The notes: generated by a model not told the origin, from the sequence alone. 64,000 nt of DNA from an uncultured Arcobacter sp. (GCA_965140705.1 OZ223300.1:96001-160000); one strand, 5' to 3'. Shown: positions 44,203-54,270, numbered from the stretch's first letter. Translations and numbers: made by a program.

Positions 44203-44586
44203 TTAAAATTGTCCTACATTTGCATAAGATTCTCTATCTTCCATTGGAATGTCAGCAATAAACTTTTGCTCTTTTACACTTGGTAACATAAGACCTTTAG
44301 TTTTATGTTCTCTAATTTTATAAGTACCTTCGTCATTACCCATTGCATAATATTCAGAGAACTCTGCAGTATAAGGCATATCCCATACAATTGCACCTTC
44401 AGTTGGACAGGCTTCTGCACATCTTGGTTTATCTGCATGATCAACACACTCAACACATGATTCTGGTTTTACATAAAAAACATCTGTAGGATTTTTATCA
44501 TGACCATCTTCTAAAATCGCTGCAACTGGACACTCTGGAGCACATGCTTCACAACTTATACACTCTTCTGTAATTCTAACTGCCAT
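44203..44586 (-). CDS. 2x[4Fe-4S] ferredoxin (FdxN-like) with C-terminal extension
   Basis: CISCEACAPECP and CVECVDHADKPRCAEACP. Confidence 0.9.
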   Translation of the reverse strand: MAVRITEECISCEACAPECPVAAILEDGHDKNPTDVFYVKPESCVECVDHADKPRCAEACPTEGAIVWDMPYTAEFSEYYAMGNDEGTYKIREHKTKGLMLPSVKEQKFIADIPMEDRESYANVGQF

Positions 44587-44620
44587 TGTCTTTCCTTATA
44601 TAAAAATATAAAAAAGACAA

Positions 44621-44636
44621 TGCAAATAGTGTTCCA
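44621..44636 (-). promoter_or_regulatory. Sigma54 (-24/-12) promoter of the ferredoxin gene
   Basis: Minus strand TGGAAC-ACTAT-TTGCA. Confidence 0.8.
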
Positions 44637-44644
44637 TTATTAAG

Positions 44645-45109
44645 CTATTTATCTAAGTGGTAATACCAAGCGTTTAAATTACTTCGTTTAAATTTTTTAT
44701 TTGTGTAAAATTCTTTGGCTGTTGTATTGTCTTCATCACAAACTAATTGTAGTCTTGTTAATGAGTGCTTTTTGGCATAATCTTTGATGTACTCAAGAAG
44801 ATAAGTTCCAACACCTAAATCTCTGTAATCATCTTTGATGATGAAGTCTTCTATTAGTCCAACTTTTGTTCCCATAACAGTTGAAATAATTTTCTGAATA
44901 GTAATCATTCCTATAACTTCATTTTCAAATTTTACAAGGATAACTTCGGAACTTCTATTATTTATTAGTAGAATTATCCCTTCTTCATGTTTTTTTTCAT
45001 TGAAAGCAAAATCTTGTTCAATAGTAAACAAAGATTGAAGAAGGTTAATTAGGTCTGGAAGGTCGTCATTTGTTGCTTTACATATTTGTAAATTATTTTT
45101 TAATATCAT
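44645..45109 (-). CDS. GNAT family acetyltransferase
   Basis: YRDLGVGTYLL motif A, AKEFY. Confidence 0.9.
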   Translation of the reverse strand: MILKNNLQICKATNDDLPDLINLLQSLFTIEQDFAFNEKKHEEGIILLINNRSSEVILVKFENEVIGMITIQKIISTVMGTKVGLIEDFIIKDDYRDLGVGTYLLEYIKDYAKKHSLTRLQLVCDEDNTTAKEFYTNKKFKRSNLNAWYYHLDK

Positions 45110-46340
45110 TATAGTTTATCTCCTTAGAGACCTTCTTTTCCGTACCTTTCACATATATTAAATCTACATCTTTTTCATTACATATATACTCTTGTGTAAT
45201 TACGCACGAACCCAAGTTCTCTTCTGATGGTATTGTATATTGTAATGGTAGCATAAGTTTTTCTATTATACCCCTTAATCCTCTAGCTCCTACGTCTTTT
45301 TCATAAGCGATATTTGCAATTTCATCTAGGGCTTTATCATCAAATTTTAAATCAACCCCATCAAGCTCAAAAAGTATTTCATACTGTTTTGTAATAGCAT
45401 TTTTAGGTTCTTTTAGAACTCTTATTAAATCCTCTTTTGAGAGTTTATTAAGTTCTGCAATTACTGGAATTCTACCAATAAATTCAGGAATTAATCCAAA
45501 AGAGATAAGCTCTTTTGCTTCGATATCTTTTTTATCTTTTTGTTTATTATCTTTGTTTAAAAATCCCATTACTGTAGATTTTTCTTTGTTTTCATCTTTT
45601 CTTAATCCAACAAAAGCACCACCACAGATAAATAAAACATGGGTAGTATCAAATAAAATAGTCTCAGCAGATGAGTTTTTTCTACTTCCTTTTACAGGAA
45701 CATAAACTTCAGCACCCTCTAATATTTTTAATAAACCTTGTTGAACACCCTCCCCACTTACATCTCTTCCACTTGTGGCACTTTCACTTTTATTGGCTAT
45801 TTTGTCTATTTCATCTATATAAACAATACCTCTTTTTGCTTTTTCCAAATCAAAATCAGCAGCTGCTAAAAGTCTTGAAAGTATAGACTCAACATCTTCA
45901 CCCACATATCCAGCTTCAGTTAAAGCTGTTGCATCTGCAACTGCAAAGGGTACATCCATGATTTTAGCAAGTGATTTTGCAAGAAGAGTTTTACCACTTC
46001 CTGTTGGACCTATTAGCATGATATTTGATTTTTCAAGTTCTACATTTTTGATAATTGGTTTATCGATTCTTTTGTAGTGGTTATAAAGGGCAACTGCTAA
46101 AACCTTTTTAGCATCATCTTGACCTATTACATAATCATCAAGATGTTCTTTTATTTTAATAGGAACACTAAGACCTTTTTGGAACTCTTTTTTTGCTTCT
46201 TTTATAGTCTCTTTTTCCATAACATTTGAACACATAGAGATACATTCATCACAAATATTTGCACTTTCACTTGAAAATATTTTTTTAACTTCTTTTATCT
46301 CTTTCCCACAAAAATCACATGATTTTAATTTATTAGGCAT
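45093..46340 (-). CDS. clpX: ClpX ATPase, probably a nif-associated paralog
   Basis: Zn finger CDFC...CDEC, GPTGSGKT, GYVGEDVE, DEIDK, RDVSGEGVQQ. Confidence 0.93.
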   Translation of the reverse strand: MPNKLKSCDFCGKEIKEVKKIFSSESANICDECISMCSNVMEKETIKEAKKEFQKGLSVPIKIKEHLDDYVIGQDDAKKVLAVALYNHYKRIDKPIIKNVELEKSNIMLIGPTGSGKTLLAKSLAKIMDVPFAVADATALTEAGYVGEDVESILSRLLAAADFDLEKAKRGIVYIDEIDKIANKSESATSGRDVSGEGVQQGLLKILEGAEVYVPVKGSRKNSSAETILFDTTHVLFICGGAFVGLRKDENKEKSTVMGFLNKDNKQKDKKDIEAKELISFGLIPEFIGRIPVIAELNKLSKEDLIRVLKEPKNAITKQYEILFELDGVDLKFDDKALDEIANIAYEKDVGARGLRGIIEKLMLPLQYTIPSEENLGSCVITQEYICNEKDVDLIYVKGTEKKVSKEINYNDIKK

Positions 46341-47157
46341 AGTTATTTATAAACTCATTTAAACTCAAATTTAAATTTTCTAAATTATGAGTTTTGATAA
46401 ATTTATCCTCTTTTTTTGTTAGTTCAGGTTTATTAAATATAGCAAACCCACCTTTTAAATCCATTGTTATTTCATTTGCAACCATTCTAAAAGTATCTTT
46501 TGAAAAATCAACACCCATAAAAAGATACTCTTTGTCTTTTCTAAAATCTTTTAAAATAGGAGGCATAGCAAATCCACCCATAGCTTCTGTTAACCAATCT
46601 ACAAAATCAGCATCAGAGATGATAAAATTCATCTCAGGTTTTGTTGAGCCCATAGGTTTAAATAAAATTGGCAAATCTAAAGTTAAAGCCTCTTTTTCTA
46701 CTTTTTCATAGGCATTTCTACTAAGATCAAATCTATAAATAATAAATCTATCATAATCAGCAGTTATTCTAGAAACTCCAGTTATTAAGAAGTGATTTTC
46801 ATCACTATAAATCTTTTGTAAGCTATCATCTAGATTTGTATCAATTACATATTTAGGTTTGATTTGTTTTAGCCAAGTATAAACTTTAGGTAAATCATAC
46901 TCTTTAGAACTATAGATATGGTTTGTCATTTGAATAATAAACTCTCTACCTTTTCTTTGCTCTAAACTCATAGCGGCTCTTGAGTATTCATACATAAGTC
47001 TTGGGCTCATAGCTCTTCCATTATTTAGGGCTAAAATCATCGAATCACTATCAAATGGAAGTTTTGTTCCATCTTTTGCAATACTATCTTCGAATATACC
47101 CATTCCTAAAAATGGGACGAGAGTACCATTTTTTAATTTTTCTACTATATTTTCCAT
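46333..47157 (-). CDS. SIR2-like domain protein, nif-associated type
   Basis: LVPFLGMG, IDTNLD, LFKPMGS, ISDADFVD, LFMG. Confidence 0.8.
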   Translation of the reverse strand: MENIVEKLKNGTLVPFLGMGIFEDSIAKDGTKLPFDSDSMILALNNGRAMSPRLMYEYSRAAMSLEQRKGREFIIQMTNHIYSSKEYDLPKVYTWLKQIKPKYVIDTNLDDSLQKIYSDENHFLITGVSRITADYDRFIIYRFDLSRNAYEKVEKEALTLDLPILFKPMGSTKPEMNFIISDADFVDWLTEAMGGFAMPPILKDFRKDKEYLFMGVDFSKDTFRMVANEITMDLKGGFAIFNKPELTKKEDKFIKTHNLENLNLSLNEFINNYA

Positions 47158-47191
47158 TAAATATCCTATAGTAATATTTAATTAACTACTA

Positions 47192-47207
47192 TGCAAAAAC
47201 CGTTCCT
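47192..47207 (-). promoter_or_regulatory. Sigma54 promoter of the SIR2-clpX-GNAT operon
   Basis: Minus strand AGGAAC-GGTTT-TTGCA. Confidence 0.7.
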
Positions 47208-47231
47208 TAATATTATGTTTTAAATTAACTA

Positions 47232-47267
47232 TTTTGCCACATTTTCGCCACAGCATTAATTTATAAT
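47232..47267 (+). promoter_or_regulatory. Direct-repeat operator plus -10 box of the molybdoenzyme operon
   Basis: GCCACA at 47236 and 47247, TATAAT at 47262. Confidence 0.6.
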
Positions 47268-47345
47268 TTTATTAATTTATTAAACTAATAAATTGATTTA
47301 TTAATTTTTAAGTTATTAAATTAATTTTAAATCTAGGAGAATAAA

Positions 47346-49883
47346 ATGAAAAATGGAATGAATAGACGTACATTTTTAAAATCAAGTACAGTTGCTGCAG
47401 CTGCAGTTGTTCAAGCTCAGGCAATACCTCTAGTTGGTGAAAGTTTATTTAATGATAAACCTTTAGAGATGAGTGCTTCTCACTTTGGTGCATTTAGAGC
47501 AAGAGTAAGAAACTCTAGATTTGAAGGTGTGGAAGCATTTAAAGGTGATGAATATCCATCATCTTTAATAAACGCACTTCCAGCAAGAACATATGCAGAA
47601 GATAGAATTCTTTACCCGTGTGTTAGAGAAGATTATCTTAAAAATGGATATAAAAGCGATAAATCAAAAAGAGGTAAAGATAAATTTGTTCGTGTTTCAT
47701 GGGAAAAAGCTTTAGAGTTAGTTGCTAACGAAATTAAAAGAACACATAAAGATTATGGTGATGAAGCCATTTATGGAGGAAGTTATGGTTGGTATTGTGT
47801 AGGATCATTAAATAATCCTCAAGCACTTTTAGGAAGAATGCTTCACTTAACAGGTGGATACACTTCAAGAACTTGTACATATTCAACACATGCTATTAGA
47901 CAAATTACTCCTTATATTACAGGTACTGATGAATCAACAGCTAAACCAACGGCGTATCCAGTATTAATTGAAAACTCTGAATGTATTGTATTTTGGGGTG
48001 CTGATATTGTAAATACAAATCAAATCGCATGGGGTGTTCCAGATCATAAAACATATACTTATTTAAAAGAGTTAAAAGCACAAGCTAAAAAAAGAGGATT
48101 GAAATTTTATATAATTGACCCTGTTTATAATAATACTGGTATGTATTTTGATGCAGAGCATATTAAAATTAATCCTACAACTGATGTCGCTTTGATGCTT
48201 GGAATAGCTCATTATCTTTATACTAATAAATTACATGATGCAAAATTTTTAAGAAAATGTACTTATGGATTTAAACAATTTTCACAATATTTAATTGGTA
48301 AAACTGAAGATAAAATTGAAAAAACTCCAGAATGGGCATCTAAAATTTGTGGTGTTGATGCTGAAGTAATTAAAATGTTAGCAAAAGAATTTGCTTCAAA
48401 AAGAACAATGTTAATGGGAGGATGGTCTACACAAAGAGCTGATCATGGGGAACAACCAAACTGGATGTTAATTACACTTGCAAGTATGTTAGGACAAATT
48501 GGACTTCCTGGTGGAGGTTATGGATGTAGTTACCACTATTCAGGTGGAGGGGTTCCAATGCCTGCAGCTGCAACGGGGAATGCACAAAGTGAAAAATCAC
48601 TCAATGGATCAACGGGGTTAAAAGCAGAAAAAGGTGCATTATCTGCATCTCCAGGACTTGGTGGTATAGGTAGAAAAACAAAAATTGATGGACCATGGAG
48701 AGATAATAAAGTTCCTGTGATTCCAGTATCACGAATTGTTGAGTGTTTAGAAAACCCAGGAAAAGAGATTAAGTTTGATGGTAACATCATTAAATATCCA
48801 GACATCAGAATGGCATATTGGGCTGGAGGAAATCCGTTCCACCATCACCAAGATAGAAATAGAATGATTAAAGCATATAGAAAATTAGAAACATTTGTTG
48901 TACAAGATGCTTTCTGGACTGCAACTGCTAGAATGGGAGATATTATTCTTCCTTCAACACTAGAGCAAGAAAGAAATGATATTACAAAATCTCATTCAAA
49001 TAGTTTTATTTTTGCTATGAAACAAGTATCTAAACCATATGGAGATGTGAAAGATGATTTTGATATTTTTACTGGAATATTAGAACATTTCTCTAAAGAA
49101 CATGTTTATGCTTTCACAGAAGGTAGGGATAAAATGGGATGGATTAAACACTTCTATGAAGTTTCTTATAAAAAAGCACAAAATTCTGGAGTAAAAATGC
49201 CTACTTTTGATGAATTTTGGAAAAAAGGATTTTGTGAATTTAAAACTCCAGAAATCGCAAAAAAATACATAAGATTTGAAGAGTTTAGAAAAAATCCAAT
49301 TATTAATAGACTTGGAACTCCATCTGGGAAAATTGAAATTTTTTCAAAAAAAGTGGCAAGTTATGGTTATGATGATTGTAAAGGACATCCTATGTGGTTT
49401 GAACCAATGGAATGGGTAGGTTCTAAAAAAGCTGAAAAATATCCATTGAATTTAATTACACCACATCCTAAATATAGACTTCACTCTCAATTAAATAATA
49501 CTTGGATTAGACATCTTGAAGAGGTAAATGGAAGAGAACCTATTTGGCTAAATACTGATGATGCAAAAAAACGTGGTATAAAAAATGGTGATGTTGTAAA
49601 AGTATTTAATGGACGAGGACAAATTTTAGGAGGTGCAGTAGTAACTGAATTTGTAAAAAAAGGTGCAGTACGAATGCAAGAGGGAGCTTGGTATGATCCA
49701 ACTGAAGCTGGAGAACCTGGTACTTTATGTAGACATGGTGATGTTAATGTATTAACTCCCGATAAAGGAACTTCAAGTCTTGCTCAAGGAAATCAAGCAA
49801 CTGCACTTGTTGAAATTGAAAAATTTGATGGAGAGGTTCCTGCTATTGGAATATTTAAAGCTCCAGAAATTAAAGGAGCTTAG
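47346..49883 (+). CDS. Periplasmic molybdopterin S/N-oxide reductase (TorA/TorZ/DorA family)
   Basis: Tat signal NRRTFLK, YGGSYGW, QRADHGEQ, GNPFHHHQD, RLHSQL; no N-terminal Fe-S motif. Confidence 0.9.
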   Translation: MKNGMNRRTFLKSSTVAAAAVVQAQAIPLVGESLFNDKPLEMSASHFGAFRARVRNSRFEGVEAFKGDEYPSSLINALPARTYAEDRILYPCVREDYLKNGYKSDKSKRGKDKFVRVSWEKALELVANEIKRTHKDYGDEAIYGGSYGWYCVGSLNNPQALLGRMLHLTGGYTSRTCTYSTHAIRQITPYITGTDESTAKPTAYPVLIENSECIVFWGADIVNTNQIAWGVPDHKTYTYLKELKAQAKKRGLKFYIIDPVYNNTGMYFDAEHIKINPTTDVALMLGIAHYLYTNKLHDAKFLRKCTYGFKQFSQYLIGKTEDKIEKTPEWASKICGVDAEVIKMLAKEFASKRTMLMGGWSTQRADHGEQPNWMLITLASMLGQIGLPGGGYGCSYHYSGGGVPMPAAATGNAQSEKSLNGSTGLKAEKGALSASPGLGGIGRKTKIDGPWRDNKVPVIPVSRIVECLENPGKEIKFDGNIIKYPDIRMAYWAGGNPFHHHQDRNRMIKAYRKLETFVVQDAFWTATARMGDIILPSTLEQERNDITKSHSNSFIFAMKQVSKPYGDVKDDFDIFTGILEHFSKEHVYAFTEGRDKMGWIKHFYEVSYKKAQNSGVKMPTFDEFWKKGFCEFKTPEIAKKYIRFEEFRKNPIINRLGTPSGKIEIFSKKVASYGYDDCKGHPMWFEPMEWVGSKKAEKYPLNLITPHPKYRLHSQLNNTWIRHLEEVNGREPIWLNTDDAKKRGIKNGDVVKVFNGRGQILGGAVVTEFVKKGAVRMQEGAWYDPTEAGEPGTLCRHGDVNVLTPDKGTSSLAQGNQATALVEIEKFDGEVPAIGIFKAPEIKGA

Positions 49884-50447
49884 ATGACATTTTTAAGAAA
49901 AATATTATTGGTTTTAGTATCAGTTGTTACACTTAGTGTAGCTGCTGATACGGCATATTTATCTCAAAACACAAAATTGTATAAAGATGTAAATAAAAAA
50001 GAGGTCCTTGGTGATTTAATTGTGGCTTCACAAGTAAAAGTTCTTAAAAAAGGAGCTAAATTAACAAAAGTAGAATTTATTGGTTATGCTCCTGAAGATA
50101 GTCCAACTGTTTATGAAAAGGCAGGTTTCTTAATCACTGGCTTTGAAGGTAAAGATTTTGCTGATTATAAAATTATTGGAAAAAAAGTTGATGAGTATGA
50201 TAATGAGTGGTTTGAAGTTTTAATAAAAGGATATATTAAAAGTGACTCTTTAACAAATGACAAAACTAAAATTATAGCAGAAGGTAAAAATATGTTTGAA
50301 GCAAAATGTGGTGCATGTCATGATATTCATCATAAAGAGGAATTTACCCCAAATGTATGGCCAAGTATTTTAAATAACATGGCACCTCAAGCTGGGCTTA
50401 CCAAAGATGAAAGAATGAAAATAGAAAAATATCTTCAAGAACAATAA
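49884..50447 (+). CDS. Monoheme cytochrome c, electron donor to the reductase (TorC C-terminal-like)
   Basis: Signal peptide, CGACH, W...M distal ligand. Confidence 0.85.
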   Translation: MTFLRKILLVLVSVVTLSVAADTAYLSQNTKLYKDVNKKEVLGDLIVASQVKVLKKGAKLTKVEFIGYAPEDSPTVYEKAGFLITGFEGKDFADYKIIGKKVDEYDNEWFEVLIKGYIKSDSLTNDKTKIIAEGKNMFEAKCGACHDIHHKEEFTPNVWPSILNNMAPQAGLTKDERMKIEKYLQEQ

Positions 50448-50522
50448 ATTTATGGTTTCTTCTATTTGAAGAAACCTATTCGATATGGTAAAATAGAGAT
50501 TTATTTTATAAAAAAGGCTTAT

Positions 50523-52679
50523 ATGTTTAAAAAGTTATTCTTAATATTTCTTATTGTCTCTTCTTTAAGTGCATCATCAAAGTATATATTATTATTACAT
50601 TCATATAATAAAGGCTTAGCTTGGTGTGAAAATATTTCTAAAGGTATTGATGATTCCTTAAAAGTACTTCCTGATTATGAACTCTCTACTGAATATTTAG
50701 ATGATAAAAGAAATAAAAATAAAAAGTATCACAAACTTATTAGAGAAGCTTTCATAGAAAAATTTAAAAATCAAAAATTTGATATTGTCATCGCAGCAGA
50801 TAATGCAGCTGTTCAATTTGTGTTAAAGCATAGAAATAAATTGTTTAAAAATGTTCCTTTAGTCTTTACTGGAATTGAAGAGATGAATCCTGGCATTGAT
50901 GTTAATGAAGTGTTAAAAGATAAAATTAGCTTAATAATGGAGCATAAACCTTTAAAAAGTGCCATTGAAGCAATCTTACAAATAATGCCTGATTTAAAAT
51001 ATTTATATGTTATAAATGATAAGACCTATACTTCTGAAATGATTAATAAGATAATAAAAGAAAAATTAGATAGTTTTAAAAATAAAATTGATTATAAATT
51101 ATATTTAGATGGAAATATTTCTCAAATTTATAAAGATTTTAAAACCCTTCCAAAAAATAGTGCAGTTTGGTTTGGAAATTTATATCTTGATGAAAATGAA
51201 AATTATATACCTTTTTTAAAAGTCAATAAACTTTTAAATAGTTCTCCTGTTCCTGTATTTTCTATGACTGATTATCACTTAGGAAAAGGAGTTATTGGGG
51301 GTCATTTATTGAGAGGTTATTATGTTGGTTATGAAGCTGGTAAAAGAGCTGTTGAGATTATGCAAGGTAAGAAGGTTGATTATACAAAACCAATATTGGC
51401 GCATACTGAATATGTTTATGATTATAAAGTTATGGAAAAATATGGCTTAAATACAAATTTAGTTCCTAAAGGTTCAATTTTTATAAATGAACCAGAAACA
51501 TTTTTTGAAGAATATAAAACTTGGATTCATAGAATATTTATAATTTCCCCTTTTATTCTATTTTTCTTACTTCTTGCACTTGTAAATATTTATAAAAGAG
51601 ATAAATTGTCAAAACAATTGATAGCTGAAAATAAAAGAGAACAAGTTCTTTTAAATAATGTAAAAAGTGCAGTGTTTTGGATTGATTCAAATGGATATAT
51701 TAGAGGTCACAATCGGTCTTTTTCAAAAATATTTTATAATGGGAAAGATGGAATTGGTCTCTATATTTGTGATGTTTTTAAACCATTTTGCACAGTAATA
51801 ACAAAAGAAAGAATATCTATTGAAGAAGATATTGAATTTGTTTATAATGATAATTCCTTTTTTGCAAGAAGTAAAATATATTATGATGAAAATGGTAAAA
51901 ACAGTGGTACAGTAACAATTATTACTGATATAACAGAAAAAAAACAGCTTGAAATCAATAAACAGTTTATAATCCAACAATCAAAACTAACAGAAGTTGG
52001 AGAAATGCTTTCCGCTATTGTGCATCAATGGAAAGTACCACTAATTGAACTCTCAGTAGTTGCTCATAAAATGCAGCGATATTACAAAAAAGGTAAATTA
52101 AGTAAAGAAAATATGGATGGATTCTTTGACACTATTATGAAACAAATTATTTATATGGGTGATACAATTGATGCATTTAGACAATTTATCAAACCATCTA
52201 ATAAACCAGTACTTTTTGATATTGATAAAGGAATTAAAGAAATAGAGACAATACTTGATAGTTCATTAAAATATAACAATATTCAACTTGAATATGTTAA
52301 TAATTTAGATAGTTCATATAGCCTTTTTGGATATCCAAATGAGTTTAAACAAGTTTTACTAAACATAATAAACAATGCAAAAGATTCAATTATATTATCA
52401 AGAGAGTTTAAAAAGAGTGGAAAAATCATGATTTTACTCTCTAGAAATGCTACTTATATTAATTTAAGTGTAATTGATGATGGTAAAGGATTTGATGCTG
52501 ATGCATTAAAACATCTTTTTGAAGCTTTTTATACTAATAAAAAAAATGGTGATGGCTTTGGTTTGTATATGGCAAAACTTATTATTGAAAATAAAATGCA
52601 TGGTGTAATAAATGCTTTCAATACAGAAAATGGTGCAAATATAGAGATATCATTACCTTTGAATATAGAGAGAGATTAG
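50523..52679 (+). CDS. Sensor histidine kinase with periplasmic binding-protein-like domain and PAS
   Basis: LLHSY, EYLD, TM, PAS, IVHQWKVPL, GFGLY. Confidence 0.9.
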   Translation: MFKKLFLIFLIVSSLSASSKYILLLHSYNKGLAWCENISKGIDDSLKVLPDYELSTEYLDDKRNKNKKYHKLIREAFIEKFKNQKFDIVIAADNAAVQFVLKHRNKLFKNVPLVFTGIEEMNPGIDVNEVLKDKISLIMEHKPLKSAIEAILQIMPDLKYLYVINDKTYTSEMINKIIKEKLDSFKNKIDYKLYLDGNISQIYKDFKTLPKNSAVWFGNLYLDENENYIPFLKVNKLLNSSPVPVFSMTDYHLGKGVIGGHLLRGYYVGYEAGKRAVEIMQGKKVDYTKPILAHTEYVYDYKVMEKYGLNTNLVPKGSIFINEPETFFEEYKTWIHRIFIISPFILFFLLLALVNIYKRDKLSKQLIAENKREQVLLNNVKSAVFWIDSNGYIRGHNRSFSKIFYNGKDGIGLYICDVFKPFCTVITKERISIEEDIEFVYNDNSFFARSKIYYDENGKNSGTVTIITDITEKKQLEINKQFIIQQSKLTEVGEMLSAIVHQWKVPLIELSVVAHKMQRYYKKGKLSKENMDGFFDTIMKQIIYMGDTIDAFRQFIKPSNKPVLFDIDKGIKEIETILDSSLKYNNIQLEYVNNLDSSYSLFGYPNEFKQVLLNIINNAKDSIILSREFKKSGKIMILLSRNATYINLSVIDDGKGFDADALKHLFEAFYTNKKNGDGFGLYMAKLIIENKMHGVINAFNTENGANIEISLPLNIERD

Positions 52680-53321
52680 ATGAAAGTTTTAGTATTAGAA
52701 GATAATGAAAGTTTATTAGAATTAATTACAGAAGAATTAAAAGATATTGGATATGAAGTATCAAGTTTTAATGATGGATTGGATGCCCTTGAGCATTGTA
52801 TAGATGGATTCGATTGTTTTATTTTAGATATAAATGTCCCAACTATAGATGGAATTTCATTGTTAAAAGAGATAAGAAATAGAGATAAAACAACTCCTGC
52901 AATAATTATAAGTGCAAACTTTGAATTGGAAAATGTAAAAAAAGCATATTCAAATGGATGTAATGATTTTTTAAAAAAACCATTTTATATGTATGAGTTA
53001 GAGACAAAAATAAAACAACTATGTCATCTTGGAGAAGAAAAAAAGCTATTGGCTAATTATACATATAATTTAAGTTCAGAAACATTATTTGATGAAAACA
53101 AAGAAGCGGTAAAACTTACAAGAAAAGAGAGACGTTTTATATCCCTTTTAATTAAACATGAAAATAAAATGACTCCTTTAGAGTATATAGAAGATTATGT
53201 TTGGGAAGGAGAAATGACAACTTCAGTTGGAATTAGATCTATGATTAAAAGATTAAGAGCAAAACTTCCAGAGGGGATGATCGTTTCACAACACTTTGGA
53301 TATGAAATAAAAACCTTTTAA
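52680..53321 (+). CDS. OmpR-family response regulator
   Basis: LEDN, LDINVP, KPF, winged helix. Confidence 0.93.
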   Translation: MKVLVLEDNESLLELITEELKDIGYEVSSFNDGLDALEHCIDGFDCFILDINVPTIDGISLLKEIRNRDKTTPAIIISANFELENVKKAYSNGCNDFLKKPFYMYELETKIKQLCHLGEEKKLLANYTYNLSSETLFDENKEAVKLTRKERRFISLLIKHENKMTPLEYIEDYVWEGEMTTSVGIRSMIKRLRAKLPEGMIVSQHFGYEIKTF

Positions 53322-53390
53322 ATATTCTATAAAGATGAAAATCCAATCATTTTGCCACAAAATTTTTATATAATTTTTTGATTAAAAGAA

Positions 53391-53650
53391 AGGAGGATTC
53401 ATTTTTTCTCTTTTTGTTGCCTTTTTAGCTCATGGAAAATGGATAGCTTATTATGGGGAAAATGAAGAGAAACAAGCTTTAAATAGCAAATCATTAATTA
53501 TTAATGAGAGGTCAAAGGCAGATATGAAATCTGTACTAGTTGACTATAAAAATGGAACTTATGGTAGGGCTTTAAAAAGAATGGTAAAGTCTAATTTATA
53601 CCATTAAGTAATGTGATTTTGAATTTATAGCTAATAAGATTGGTAAATAA
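53391..53650 (+). pseudogene. Decayed cytochrome c553 gene
   Basis: RBS AGGAGG without ATG; frame from 53401 reads ...KWIAYYGENEEKQALNSKSLII...YKNGTYGRALKRMVK, and a shifted frame ends DFEFIANKIGK*; CxxCH replaced by WIAYY. Confidence 0.75.
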
Positions 53651-53721
53651 ATTTAAAATTTTGATGGTCTTTTGACTTAACAATATAAACAATAAAAAAA
53701 TCAAAATAAAATAAAATCAAA

Positions 53722-53756
53722 TAAGCTGCAAGATGAGAGTCTTGTAGCTATTTTTT
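53722..53756. terminator. Intrinsic terminator hairpin
   Basis: AGCTGCAAGAT-GAGA-GTCTTGTAGCT flanked by A and T tracts. Confidence 0.75.
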
Positions 53757-53757
53757 A

Positions 53758-54270
53758 TTAACCGTGGCAACCAACTCCTGTGTATGATTGATAAACTTTG
53801 TTTAATTCAATTCTTATTCTTTCCATATCAAAAGGTTTGGATAACTCTTCTGGCATATCAATGTGATATATAGCTCCATCTTTTCCAACTAAAAATAGGG
53901 CTTTTGTTAAGCAGTTTTCTAAAGTACCACTTACTATTTTTGTTCCATACATATTTCCATAATCTTCATTGATATCAAAAACAGGAAGTATTTTTTTAAA
54001 TGTATAGTCAAGGTCAATCTTTTTATCAAATATCAAATAAGTAAATATTTCAACTTTTGCATCATTCATAAACTCATCAAAAGCTATAATTTCTTCTTTA
54101 AAATCTTCAAAATTTGGAAATGATAAAAGAATCTGAATCATTCTATTTGGACTTGCTTTTTTTATAGTTAGCTCATTACCTTGTAAATCTACAGCTTCAA
54201 TATCTTCAGCCATATATCCCACATCTATAAATTCATCAATGAGTTCAAATTCTTCATTCTTGTATTTCAT
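53758..54270 (-). CDS. Thiol peroxidase (Tpx)-like redoxin lacking the peroxidatic Cys
   Basis: IDVGYMA, YGNMYG, LTKALFLVGKDGAI match the Tpx fold; SFPNFEDFKE replaces PSLDTxxC. Confidence 0.6.
   Translation of the reverse strand: MKYKNEEFELIDEFIDVGYMAEDIEAVDLQGNELTIKKASPNRMIQILLSFPNFEDFKEEIIAFDEFMNDAKVEIFTYLIFDKKIDLDYTFKKILPVFDINEDYGNMYGTKIVSGTLENCLTKALFLVGKDGAIYHIDMPEELSKPFDMERIRIELNKVYQSYTGVGCHG

Noticed and set aside
46333..47157. SIR2-like gene as an anti-phage defence system
   Set aside because: No defence partners nearby; sigma54 promoter and clpX/nif context fit the nif-associated type
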